Assembly (NCBI GenBank): GCA_963695095.1
Contig: CAVOFT010000001.1
Coordinates: forward strand, 2,560,001-2,624,000
DNA length: 64,000 bases
Direction: 5' to 3'
DNA from: an uncultured bacterium
Lineage (GTDB): Bacteria > Krumholzibacteriota > Krumholzibacteriia > JACNKJ01
Part shown: positions 55,699-64,000 of the stretch, piece by piece
Numbering within the stretch: the first letter of the stretch is position 1
Layout of the letters: every line of letters starts with the position of its first letter
Notes under the pieces: model-generated
What the model was told of the DNA's origin: nothing
The model's input: the letters and a program-made list of their open reading frames with translations, nothing else
Databases searched by the model: none
Program-made: the position numbers and the translations under genes

Positions 55699-56876
55699 AT
55701 CACCACGTCGGGCACTTCCATCAGCCCGCGCTGGAAGGCGGAGCGGAAGGCCGCCACCACGGTGGGATCGAAATCGCTGCCCGCCCCCTTCTCGATGATC
55801 GCCTTCGCCTCATAGGGCGACATCGCCTTGCGGTAGGGACGGTCGCTGGTCAGCGAGTCGTAGACGTCCGCCACCGCGATGATGCGCGCCTCCAGCGGAA
55901 TCTCGGTTTCCTTCGTCGGCCGGTAGCCCGAGCCGTCGAAGCGATCGTGATGGGCGAGGATGATCGGGATCACCCGCTGCAGCGAGCCGCCCACCGGGCG
56001 CAGCATGTCCACGCCGCGCGCGAGGTGCGTCTTCATCTCTTCGTACTCGCCCACCGTCAGCTTGCTGGCCTTGTAGAGCAGATCCCGGCTCAGCTCCAGC
56101 TTGCCGATGTCGTGCAGGAGCGCGGCGGCGCGCAGGTCCTCGATGCGATCGTTGTTCAAGCCCATCAGGGTGGCGATCTTGGCCGCGTAGACCGAGACCC
56201 GGTAGCAGTGGTTCTCGGTGAACTTGTCCTTGGCGATGAACTGCCTGAGGATGAGGAGCAGGCCCTGGTAGGTCTCGCGCAGCTCGGCGATGCGCGCGGC
56301 GTGCTTCTCGTGCAGGGTGCCCATCGCGTAGGCCGTGAGCACGAGGATGCCGCCCCAGGAAACAAGCTGCAGGAACTCGGCGCTGACGGCCAGCGAGGAG
56401 GGCGTCTCGGCGAAGAGCTGCGGGTTGAGATGGGCCATCAGGCCGACCAGGAAGGCGCTGGCAAAGGCCGTCAGCACCGCGTGCCGGCGGCCGAAGTGAT
56501 AGGCCGAGAAGAGCGTGGGCAGCGTGTACAGACCCAGCATCATCTGCTGCGCCGTGAGCAGGTAGTTGATCGCGCCAGCCAGGCCGAGCAGGGTGAGCAG
56601 GATCCAGAGCTCCTTGTTCACCTGCTCCAGACCGCGGCGCAGGCTGCGCCGCCGGTTGCGCTGGCGCCGATCCGCATCGAGCTGGGCGTCTCCCGCATCC
56701 AGCTCGGGCCTGGGCAGGACGAAATCGAGGTCCGGGGCCGTCGCGGGCTCGGCGAGTTCATCCACGGCGGCGCGGATTTCCAGGTCGACACTGGCGCCAT
56801 CCCGCGCGAGCACGCCGACGGCGCTGTCGCTCGGGCCTTCGCGCTCGGAGCCCTGCTTCCGGCTCGGATCGGACAT
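55695..56876 (-). CDS. Membrane-anchored HD-GYP domain phosphohydrolase
   Basis: Four TM segments; LLHDIGK, HHDRFDGSGY, ADVYDSLTSDRPYR. Confidence 0.88.
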   Translation of the reverse strand: MSDPSRKQGSEREGPSDSAVGVLARDGASVDLEIRAAVDELAEPATAPDLDFVLPRPELDAGDAQLDADRRQRNRRRSLRRGLEQVNKELWILLTLLGLAGAINYLLTAQQMMLGLYTLPTLFSAYHFGRRHAVLTAFASAFLVGLMAHLNPQLFAETPSSLAVSAEFLQLVSWGGILVLTAYAMGTLHEKHAARIAELRETYQGLLLILRQFIAKDKFTENHCYRVSVYAAKIATLMGLNNDRIEDLRAAALLHDIGKLELSRDLLYKASKLTVGEYEEMKTHLARGVDMLRPVGGSLQRVIPIILAHHDRFDGSGYRPTKETEIPLEARIIAVADVYDSLTSDRPYRKAMSPYEAKAIIEKGAGSDFDPTVVAAFRSAFQRGLMEVPDVVI

Positions 56877-57196
56877 GCGAATCCTCCTGGCTCCGGCGGC
56901 CAGAGGCGCCGCCCTACAGAAGAGGATTTCGGCTCTAAGGGCCCCCGGCTTGAGAGGGATCTCATTGATCTTACTTATGATATAGAGGCTTCTGGTCCGA
57001 AATCGGGCTTTGCTCGGGTCGCCACGCGGGTCCTCGGGAGGTGGATGCTGCGGAGAATCCGGAAGCGCCGGGCCGGCGGCGGCTCGCGGCGTCTACTCGG
57101 CGAGGGCTTGCCTGCGACCCCACCTGCCGTTACCATCGGGCCGAACGCGCGGGACGCGCCGCGCCCATCCGCCAGCCGCAACCCGGGAAGGGCCCG

Positions 57197-57565
57197 ATGA
57201 GCAACCGACCGCTGATTCGCTACACGAGCACCCGCATCGAGAGCAGCCAGGCGGGCATCTACTCCCTGAGCGGCAAGCTGACCGGCGACCGCGACAGCTA
57301 TGCGCTGCTCGAGGCGGTCACCGAGGCTGTGGATTCCGGACTGCGCCACGTGGTGCTGGATCTCAGCGCCCTCGAGTTCAGCAACAGCAGCGGCCTGGGC
57401 ATCTTCGCCTCGATCTACAATCTCGTGCACGGCAAGGGGGGCATGCTCGTCATCGTCGGCGCCGGCGATCGCGTGCGCATGGCGATGGAGATCATCCGCC
57501 TGTGGGATCTCGTCGCCCATGCCAAGAACGCGGAGGAAGCGCTGCTGCTCCTGCCGGACGCCTAG
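57197..57565 (+). CDS. STAS-domain anti-sigma-factor antagonist
   Basis: VVLDLSALEFSNSSGLG. Confidence 0.85.
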   Translation: MSNRPLIRYTSTRIESSQAGIYSLSGKLTGDRDSYALLEAVTEAVDSGLRHVVLDLSALEFSNSSGLGIFASIYNLVHGKGGMLVIVGAGDRVRMAMEIIRLWDLVAHAKNAEEALLLLPDA

Positions 57566-57608
57566 CCGCCCGCCCGGCGGCCCTCAGGCGCTCGCGGCGG
57601 GAACGAAG

Positions 57609-57636
57609 AAGGCGGCCCCGCCGGGGGCCGCCTTTT
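57609..57636. terminator. Bidirectional terminator
   Basis: AAGGCGGCCCC-gccg-GGGGCCGCCTTTT between convergent genes. Confidence 0.8.
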
Positions 57637-57662
57637 CAATACCGACCGGATCGGACGCTCAT

Positions 57663-58352
57663 CTAGTAGAGCGACTTCACCTTGCTGAAGGAGCTCTCCT
57701 CCACGCCGGTGGTCTGCCACACCAGGGTGATGTCGTCCCAGTAGACCGTGGTGCCGCCGTTGCTGAACAGGTCCAGGCAGGCGATGTTGAGCACGCCCGT
57801 GCCGTCGTTGTTCACGCCGGAGGTCCAGGCCTTGTTCAGGAACACGGCCCCGTTGTAGGAGACCTCCATGTCGTCGCTGTCGAGGTCGATGGTCACCAGG
57901 AGCTCGGCCCACTGATCCGTGACCGTCGTGGCGAAGACGTTGTCGAACTGGCTCTCCAGGAGGCCGCCCGCGAAGTTGAGCTGCAGGGCCCAGTGGTTCG
58001 TGGTGCCGCCGTGGTCGTAGGCGTCGAGCAGGATGAAGTACTGCTCGCCCGTGGACCCGCTGGGAATGTAGAGCCAGGCCGAGATCGTGACGATGCCCGA
58101 AGTGTAGATGCTGAACTGCTGGATGACGTCGCTCGTCGGCAGAATGCTCACCGAATTCGGCGCGCTTAGCGAGTAGTCGCCGCTGACGATGGCATCCGTG
58201 GCGCCGCCGCCCCAGCCTTCCCAACCACCCTGCCCGATCAGTCCGCTGCCTGTCCCATAGGTGTCGAAATCGTCGGACCAATTCGCACTGGCAGTCGTAG
58301 CGAAAAGGCTCAGGGCGAGGAGCATGAGAACAAAGTTCGCGATGCGATTCAT
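57663..58352 (-). CDS. Secreted concanavalin/LamG-like protein with SFSKVKSLY tail
   Basis: Signal peptide; WSDDFDTY..G...GQGGWEGW...YWDDI pattern; AAGGAGG RBS. Confidence 0.7.
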   Translation of the reverse strand: MNRIANFVLMLLALSLFATTASANWSDDFDTYGTGSGLIGQGGWEGWGGGATDAIVSGDYSLSAPNSVSILPTSDVIQQFSIYTSGIVTISAWLYIPSGSTGEQYFILLDAYDHGGTTNHWALQLNFAGGLLESQFDNVFATTVTDQWAELLVTIDLDSDDMEVSYNGAVFLNKAWTSGVNNDGTGVLNIACLDLFSNGGTTVYWDDITLVWQTTGVEESSFSKVKSLY

Positions 58353-58418
58353 GGTCCCCTCCTTGAGGATTGTGCGGGCCAAGGATAGCACAGGAATGGA
58401 CCGGAAGCCACGCCGAAG

Positions 58419-59183
58419 CTAGGCGAAATAGCTGCGCCAGAGGACGCGGGCGAGGGTGGCGGCCACCACGGCAAGAAAGAAGAGACGCACGAAGCGCACG
58501 CCGCGCCGGATGACCAGCCGTGAGCCCAGGGTAGCGCCGAGCAGCTGGCCGGCGCCCATCGCCAAACCCGGTAGTAGCAGCACCTTGCCGCCGATCGTGA
58601 AGGCGACGAGGGCGACGGCGTTGCTGGTGAAGTTCATCACCTTGGTGTGGGCGGTGGCGCGGCGCAGGTCCAGGCCGGCGAGCGCGACGAAGGCGATGGC
58701 CCAGAAGGAGCCGGTGCCCGGGCCGAAGAAGCCGTCCCAAAAGCCGATGCCGAGGCCGCAGAGGGCGTAGAAGCCGAGCTTCGGCAGTCGCGCCTGGCGG
58801 GCTCCCTCCCCCACCCGCGGTGACACCAGCAGGTAGATGAAGACGGCCACGAGCAGGGCGGGCAGCGCGCGCTCGAGGAAGCTGCTCGGCAGGCGCTGGA
58901 TCACGGTGGTGCCGATGGCGGCCCCCGCGGCCGTGAAGGCAATGCCGGGCAGGGTCTCGCGCAGGCGGACGAGGCCGCTCGCGCGGTAGTGCAGCAGGGC
59001 CGTGAGGCTGCCGAAGCTGGACTGCAGCTTGTTCGTGCCGAGGGCCAGCGGCGCCGGCAGGCCGGCCGCGAGCAGGGCGGGAATGGTGATGATGCCGCCG
59101 CCGCCGGCAATGGAATCGACGAAGCCGGCGAGGAAGCCCGCGGCGGCGAGGAGGAGGTAGGTCGTGGTGCTCAGCGGGTCCAT
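58419..59183 (-). CDS. TauE/SafE (TSUP) family permease, YfcA-like
   Basis: AGFVDSIAGGGG, ALGTNKLQ, GFWDGFFGPGTG. Confidence 0.92.
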   Translation of the reverse strand: MDPLSTTTYLLLAAAGFLAGFVDSIAGGGGIITIPALLAAGLPAPLALGTNKLQSSFGSLTALLHYRASGLVRLRETLPGIAFTAAGAAIGTTVIQRLPSSFLERALPALLVAVFIYLLVSPRVGEGARQARLPKLGFYALCGLGIGFWDGFFGPGTGSFWAIAFVALAGLDLRRATAHTKVMNFTSNAVALVAFTIGGKVLLLPGLAMGAGQLLGATLGSRLVIRRGVRFVRLFFLAVVAATLARVLWRSYFA

Positions 59184-59391
59184 GCGCGTCGCGGCCGCCG
59201 GTCGGGGTTCGGCGCCGGCAGGGCGCGCGGCAGTGTAGCGGGTTCGGGCGGGAATGCCAGGGATTCCCGGACCTCGGGGCTCGCTTCTCTTGGCTGCGCG
59301 AGGGACAGCCCGTCGGGCGGCCGCCAGTCAGCTCTTGGGGAGGGGCTCAACGTCCGCGAGCCTCCCGGGGCGTCTGTCCCGAATGAGGGAG

Positions 59392-60564
59392 CTATGCTTC
59401 TCCTGTGAGGGGACCGGCTCTGGAACGGAGGACTCGGGCCAGGCTCGGCGGTGATGCCCCCTCGAAGGACTGCGATTCGAGCCAGAGCGGGGCACCGGCC
59501 GGGAGGCCGAGGTAGAGGGCACTGGCCACTCCCAGGCTGCGATCCGGGCGATAGTCCCAGGAGCGATCCGCCGCGATCTCCACCAGGGCCCCCGCCGCAC
59601 CCAAGCGCTCGAGCCAGTTCTCCAGGTGCCGCTCAGTGGCCAGGTGGTCCCGCTTGGCCGCGTTGCACTTGCGGTGCGCGAGGACGAGGTTGCTCAGTCC
59701 GTTGTCCGGATAGCGCGCCCAGGGAATGAAGTGGTCCACCTCGGCGCTGTCTTCCCCGCGAATCCGGCGCTTGCAGTAGAAGCACTGCCCCCGCTGCAGC
59801 CCGCGCAGGGGTTCCCGAACCGGCGCCAGGGAGATGCGATCGGCGCCGAAGAGGAAGTCCTCGAGCCGGGAGTCCTCCAGCCTGTTCAGGCGCGCGACCA
59901 TGGCCGCCCACCGCCGATGGATCAGGGGACGGAGGAGTCCGTTCAGCAGCACGAGATCCTCGCTCGCGCCTGCATGCAAGAGCAGCCGGTTGTCGAAGTT
60001 GCTGGCAAGGCCGGCCTGATAGTCGCGCACCTCGCGGCGGAATCCGCGGCCCTGGCCGCCTTCGGTGTCGGCGCGCTGCCAGCCGATCCGGTACAGGAAA
60101 TCGTGATCGCGCCCCGCGTAGAACTGCAGCCTGGCGAGCGGCATCTCGATGAGCTTCCACTCGATCGCCTTGACCATGCCCTCGAATGGACCTCTTGCAG
60201 CATTGCGGGCCCGGACCAGCGGCGCGGAGGGATCGGGAGCGTGACGGCCGCGAAACTGCTGGATGCGCCTGACGATCTCGGCCTGCGAGCCCGCGTGGCT
60301 GGCATTCTGCTTCAGGACCCGACTCGGGCGCCGATCGCCGAAGGGCGCGGTGTGCGGCCAGTAGAGTTCGACCACCTTCTCGGCAAGCTGCCGGGTCGTG
60401 ATCGAGGTCACCGGCATGCCGTTCGTCGCCGTGCCTTCCATGCAGAGGTCCAGCAGCGCGAGCAGGACGGCGTACTTGTAGGTGGCGGTGAAGGTGCCCT
60501 CTTCCAGGATCGCCAGGACCTGTTCGGCGCGGCGGATCGTCCGGCTCGTGGACTCCGCGATCAT
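59392..60564 (-). CDS. HNH endonuclease domain protein
   Basis: N-terminal ATYKYAVLLAL; CFYC...VDHFIPW...NLVLAHRKCNAAKRD. Confidence 0.88.
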   Translation of the reverse strand: MIAESTSRTIRRAEQVLAILEEGTFTATYKYAVLLALLDLCMEGTATNGMPVTSITTRQLAEKVVELYWPHTAPFGDRRPSRVLKQNASHAGSQAEIVRRIQQFRGRHAPDPSAPLVRARNAARGPFEGMVKAIEWKLIEMPLARLQFYAGRDHDFLYRIGWQRADTEGGQGRGFRREVRDYQAGLASNFDNRLLLHAGASEDLVLLNGLLRPLIHRRWAAMVARLNRLEDSRLEDFLFGADRISLAPVREPLRGLQRGQCFYCKRRIRGEDSAEVDHFIPWARYPDNGLSNLVLAHRKCNAAKRDHLATERHLENWLERLGAAGALVEIAADRSWDYRPDRSLGVASALYLGLPAGAPLWLESQSFEGASPPSLARVLRSRAGPLTGEA

Positions 60565-60953
60565 CTCCGATCGTCCCAGTAACGGGCGCGGTCGGGAAAG
60601 ATGAGCCGGATGCCGCCGCGCGGGTCTTCCTGGTCCCCCGCTTGTCGCGGGATGACGTGCAGGTGGAAGTGCATCACCGTCTGGCCGGCGGCGGCGCCGT
60701 CGTTGAAGCCGACGTTGTAGCCGGCGGGGGCGGACTCCGCGTCGAGCGCGGAGCGCACGGCGTCGAGAAGGCGTAGCAGATCCGTGCGCTCCTCGCCGGT
60801 CAGGTCCGCGAAGCCGGCGACGTGGCGCCGAGGAACGATCAGCGTGTGACCAGGCGCCACCGGATAGGCGTCGCGAAACGCGCGCATGCTTGCGCTGATG
60901 GACGAACAGGCGCTATCCGGGAGTCCGCAGAAGGGGCAGTCCTCGAATGTCAA
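60561..60953 (-). CDS. HIT family nucleotide hydrolase
   Basis: CPFC, DAYPVAPGHTLIVP, AGQTVMHFHLHVIPR. Confidence 0.92.
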   Translation of the reverse strand: MTFEDCPFCGLPDSACSSISASMRAFRDAYPVAPGHTLIVPRRHVAGFADLTGEERTDLLRLLDAVRSALDAESAPAGYNVGFNDGAAAGQTVMHFHLHVIPRQAGDQEDPRGGIRLIFPDRARYWDDRR

Positions 60954-61120
60954 CGGCTCTCTCCCTTGCCCAGGAGCCGGGCGATTGGCCCGGCGCCTGG
61001 CCCCCTGAGCCAGGCCAGCAGTGCCTGCGCAGCACTCAGGCTCTCCTGCAGCACTGGCTCGAGTTCCTCGGCCCTGTCCCGACTTCTGTGGAAAAGCAAG
61101 ATGGCGTAGTCTCCGGGTGA
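60950..61120 (-). pseudogene. 3' remnant of a gene translationally coupled to HIT
   Basis: Short open helical segment whose TGA overlaps the HIT TTG start; no credible start upstream; IS remnant just beyond. Confidence 0.4.
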
Positions 61121-61223
61121 TTTACCACCCAGCGCCGGACGGCGCAAAGTCCCGGAGGACTACGCCATGTCGAACGATAGCACACACGCCGATGTCGTTG
61201 CATTCCCACGTGATCTGACCGGG

Positions 61224-61460
61224 TGGAGTTGACCCGGTTTCCCGGACACTTCGCTACACTGGTAGCGAAAGGAGTCCGCGATGCCACGGTCCCGTCCTCA
61301 CTACCCTCCTGAGTTCAAGCATGAACTGGTGGAGCTAGCTCGATCCGGCCGCGCGATCGCCAGCTTGGCCCGCGAGTTAGGACCCCATGTCCAGACGACC
61401 GCGGCTTGGGTCAAGCAGGCTGACATGGATGAAGGCGGCCGCTCAGACAGCCTCACCCTC
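61224..61460 (+). mobile_element. IS3-family remnant (left IR plus truncated OrfA)
   Basis: IR-like TGGAGTTGACCCGGTTTCCCGGACAC; OrfA-like YPPEFK.E.VEL.RSGR....LARELG...WVKQAD from 61281; no OrfB seen. Confidence 0.75.
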
Positions 61461-61809
61461 GTGACGGCGGAACCAGGCCGATTACCCGATACGGATGCTC
61501 TGCTGTGCGCAGGGTGTCTCCCCCAGCGGCTATCACGGAGTCAGTGCTGGGAATCAAGTCGCCGGTGGGCTTTGGGGCAATGAGCCTATGGCGAGGGATC
61601 TAGACGGAGGTCTTTTCCGTCAGGCGGGACGGATAAACTCCAAGGGGTAGTACGTTTAAAGGATTTGGTGACAAGAGCTTGGCCCTAGGTGCGAACATCC
61701 ATACGTCGTTAAACTCGAGCATTGACACGGCACCAATAGCGAGCGATTATACAGCAGCAAGAGCGAGCATCCATCCGAAGGGCAGGAGCCGAAACAGGCT
61801 GGCAGCGCG

Positions 61810-63331
61810 ATGACGAAAGACCAAGCAAAGCTAGCCGATGCCCTGAGCGCCCTGCGCGATCTCCAGCAGGGGGGGCGCAGCGTTTTCCGCTCCAGCGAGT
61901 TCTCGCGATTGCACCGAGAGCGCCTCGTCAGGCAGGGATACTTGCGCAGCATCATGCGTGGCTGGCTGCTCTCGACCAGCCCAGGCACCAGCGCGGGCGA
62001 CAGCACGCCCTGGTTCGCGTCGTTCTGGGAATTCATCGCTGCGTACTGCGAGGATCGATTCGGCGCGGCCTGGCATCTGGCCCCCGAACCCTCACTGCTC
62101 CTTCATCTGGAGGACTGGACGATCCCGCGCCAGTTGCTCGTCCACAGCCACGAGGGCGGGAAACAATCCCATCGATCTGCCTTTCGAGAGCTCTCTACTG
62201 GCCATCAAGCCGAAGCGCCAGACGCGTGATGATGAGCTGGTTCAGCGGAGCGGCCTGCGTCTACTGAGGGTGGAAGCCACGCTCGCCCGCCTGCCCGAAT
62301 CCCACTTCGCGATCCGCCCGCGCGAGATTCAGGCGGCGCTGGCAACCTTGGTGAACGTTCCCCGTCTCCTGCAGACCTTGCTGGAAAGCAGCCAGCCCGT
62401 CGTTGCCGGACGCCTGGCTGGAGCTTTGAGGCAACTCGACCGCGGTGATGCCGCCGACGAGATCGTCAAGACCATGCGGGCCGCGGGCCACGATACCCGC
62501 GAGACGAGACCGTTTGCGGAAGTCCGGCAGTTCACGGCTGCGAGAGTCGGCACCTCGCCGCTTGTGACGAGGGTGAATGCTCTGTGGACAGAGCTGCGCG
62601 AACCCGTGTTGCGCAACTTCCCCACTCCGCCGGGCCGCCCCCGAGATATCGACGCCTATCTTGCCCACGTTGATGAGAGCTACACTGCGGACGCTTACCA
62701 TTCGCTTTCGATCGAGGGCTACCGCGTTAGCGAGGAGCTGATCGAGAAGGTTCGCGCGGGACACTGGGATGCTGATGGCGCCGACAGGGACAGCCGCGAT
62801 GCGATGGCCGCCAAGGGCTACGCGCAAGCTTTCGCCGCAGTGCGCGCTTCGGTGGAGAAGATCCTGCGAGGAGAGAGCGCCGGGGCGGTCGCAGAGGCTG
62901 ACCACCGAACCTGGTACCGCGAACTGTTTGCGCCGTCTGTCACGGCCGGTCTCCTCGAATCCCGCGACCTGGCCGGCTATCGCCGTGAGCCGGTTTTCAT
63001 TCGCGCGTCACGTCATGTTCCGCCGCGCGCCGAGACGCTGCCTGAAGTGATGCCTGCCCTCTTCGACCTGCTGGAGACTGAGGCCGAGCCCGCTGTGTCG
63101 GCAGTGCTGGGCCACTGGCTCTTTGGCTTCATCCACCCCTACCGCGATGGCAACGGCCGCATGGCCCGCTTCCTGATGAATGCCATGTTCGCGGCGGGGG
63201 GATACCCATGGACAGTCATCCGTGTCGAGGACCGCAACGAATACATGGCGGCCCTGGACGCCGCCAGCGTCGGTCGCGACATCGTGCCCTTCGCGAAGTT
63301 CCTTGGGGCGCGCGTGCTAGGTGGCGGCTAG
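61810..63331 (+). CDS. Fic-domain protein with N-terminal extension; frameshift near 62160
   Basis: HPYRDGNGRMAR Fic motif; DAYHSLSIEGY; N-terminal part in the 61810..62229 frame. Confidence 0.9.
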
Positions 63332-63530
63332 CCCCCTGTTCCCGCCGCTGCGCTCTTCACTGAGAGCTGGACCGCACTAGAATGGACAGGACTACCGGGC
63401 GCAGCCGGCGACCGCCGCGTACTACTCCGCTCCTGCCTCAGCAGAGCCCAGCAGTGGCACCGGACGCGAGAATCGAAAACACGAAGGGCTCGCCTCTCGG
63501 CAAGCCCTTCATTTTGTCGTATCTTCCAGG

Positions 63531-63603
63531 TACGCCAGCAGGGACTTGAACCCCGAACCACCTGATTAAGAGTCAGATGCTCTACCAGTTGAGCTACTGG
63601 CGC
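63531..63603 (-). tRNA. tRNA-Lys (anticodon CTT)
   Basis: GCGCCAG TAGCTCAACTGGTAGAGCA TCTGA CTCTTAA TCAGG TGGTT CGGGG TTCAAGT CCCTG CTGGCGT A; CCA not fully encoded. Confidence 0.96.
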
Positions 63604-63614
63604 GAAACGCGTGC

Positions 63615-63643
63615 AGGGTAGTCTGCCCACCCTCCGCTGTCAA
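63615..63643 (-). promoter_or_regulatory. Sigma70 promoter of tRNA-Lys
   Basis: TTGACA-N17-TACCCT. Confidence 0.7.
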
Positions 63644-63719
63644 GCCCGCACGGCGCTTGGACTTGCGCGATGACCCGCCCCCGGGGGCGGGTCGTCGGCC
63701 CGGCCGCGCGGCGCCTGCC

Positions 63720-64000
63720 CTAGAAGGGCAGATCGTCCTCGTCGTCGCCGCTGTAGGCGCCGCCGGCATCGTCGCCGCTGGCGCCGGCCGCGGCCGCGTT
63801 CGTCTTCTCCTTGCCGCGGCCCTGCGGGCGGTCCTGGTTGTGGTCGTCCCCGTCGCTCTCCTGGGAGCCGCCCCAGTCGCCGCTACCGGCGCCCTCGCCG
63901 GCCCGGCCCAGCATGACCATCTGGTTCACGCGCACCTCGGTCATGTAGCGCTTCTGGCCGCTCTCCTTGTCCTCCCAGTCGCGGGTCTGCAGGCTGCCCT
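63720..64000 (-). CDS. ssb: Single-stranded DNA-binding protein, C-terminal part (5'-partial)
   Basis: GSLQTRDWEDKESGQKRYMTEV, Gly-rich linker, acidic DDEDDLPF tail. Confidence 0.93.
   Translation of the reverse strand, partial: GSLQTRDWEDKESGQKRYMTEVRVNQMVMLGRAGEGAGSGDWGGSQESDGDDHNQDRPQGRGKEKTNAAAAGASGDDAGGAYSGDDEDDLPF

Noticed and set aside
59190..59400. att-site duplication of the tRNA-Lys 3' end bounding the islet
   Set aside because: No copy of the tRNA 3' sequence found by eye.
61135..61160. GGCGCAAAG resembling a c-di-GMP-I riboswitch core
   Set aside because: The upstream GGCAAAC/GNRA stem is absent and no suitable downstream gene follows.

Overview
A 64-kb window of very GC-rich bacterial DNA, densely coding, mostly on the minus strand. 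The secreted-protein types (FlgD-Ig/T9SS-like C-terminal domains, short S[FW]SxVKSL[YF] tails) suggest an FCB-group candidate lineage such as Krumholzibacteriota, Latescibacterota or Eisenbacteria; this is inference only. At least a dozen genes carry apparent single-base frameshifts, most likely long-read indel errors. Housekeeping content: typA, glgX, a uup-like ABC-F ATPase, partial ssb, tmRNA, tRNA-Lys(CTT). Transport: an RND tripartite pump, an MMPL/LolA-like/barrel cluster behind an ArsR-rhodanese regulator, two MacB-type ABC systems and a TonB receptor. Other content: a Mo-oxidoreductase with a DmsB-DmsC fusion, an NtrY/NtrX-like system and a small tRNA-adjacent defence islet (HNH, HIT, IS3 remnant, Fic). 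The best leads are: (1) a secreted FG-GAP propeller protein with an in-frame UGA-Cys and a SECIS-like hairpin (candidate selenoprotein), divergent from a Cys-rich thioredoxin/beta-barrel fusion; (2) a shared 15-aa C-terminal motif on three unrelated secreted proteins; (3) a CarH-type B12 photoreceptor with a readable operator on a fasciclin-DUF4397 operon; (4) a sigma54 promoter with enhancer-like sites driving a glycogen-binding-domain/Omp85 fusion next to glgX.
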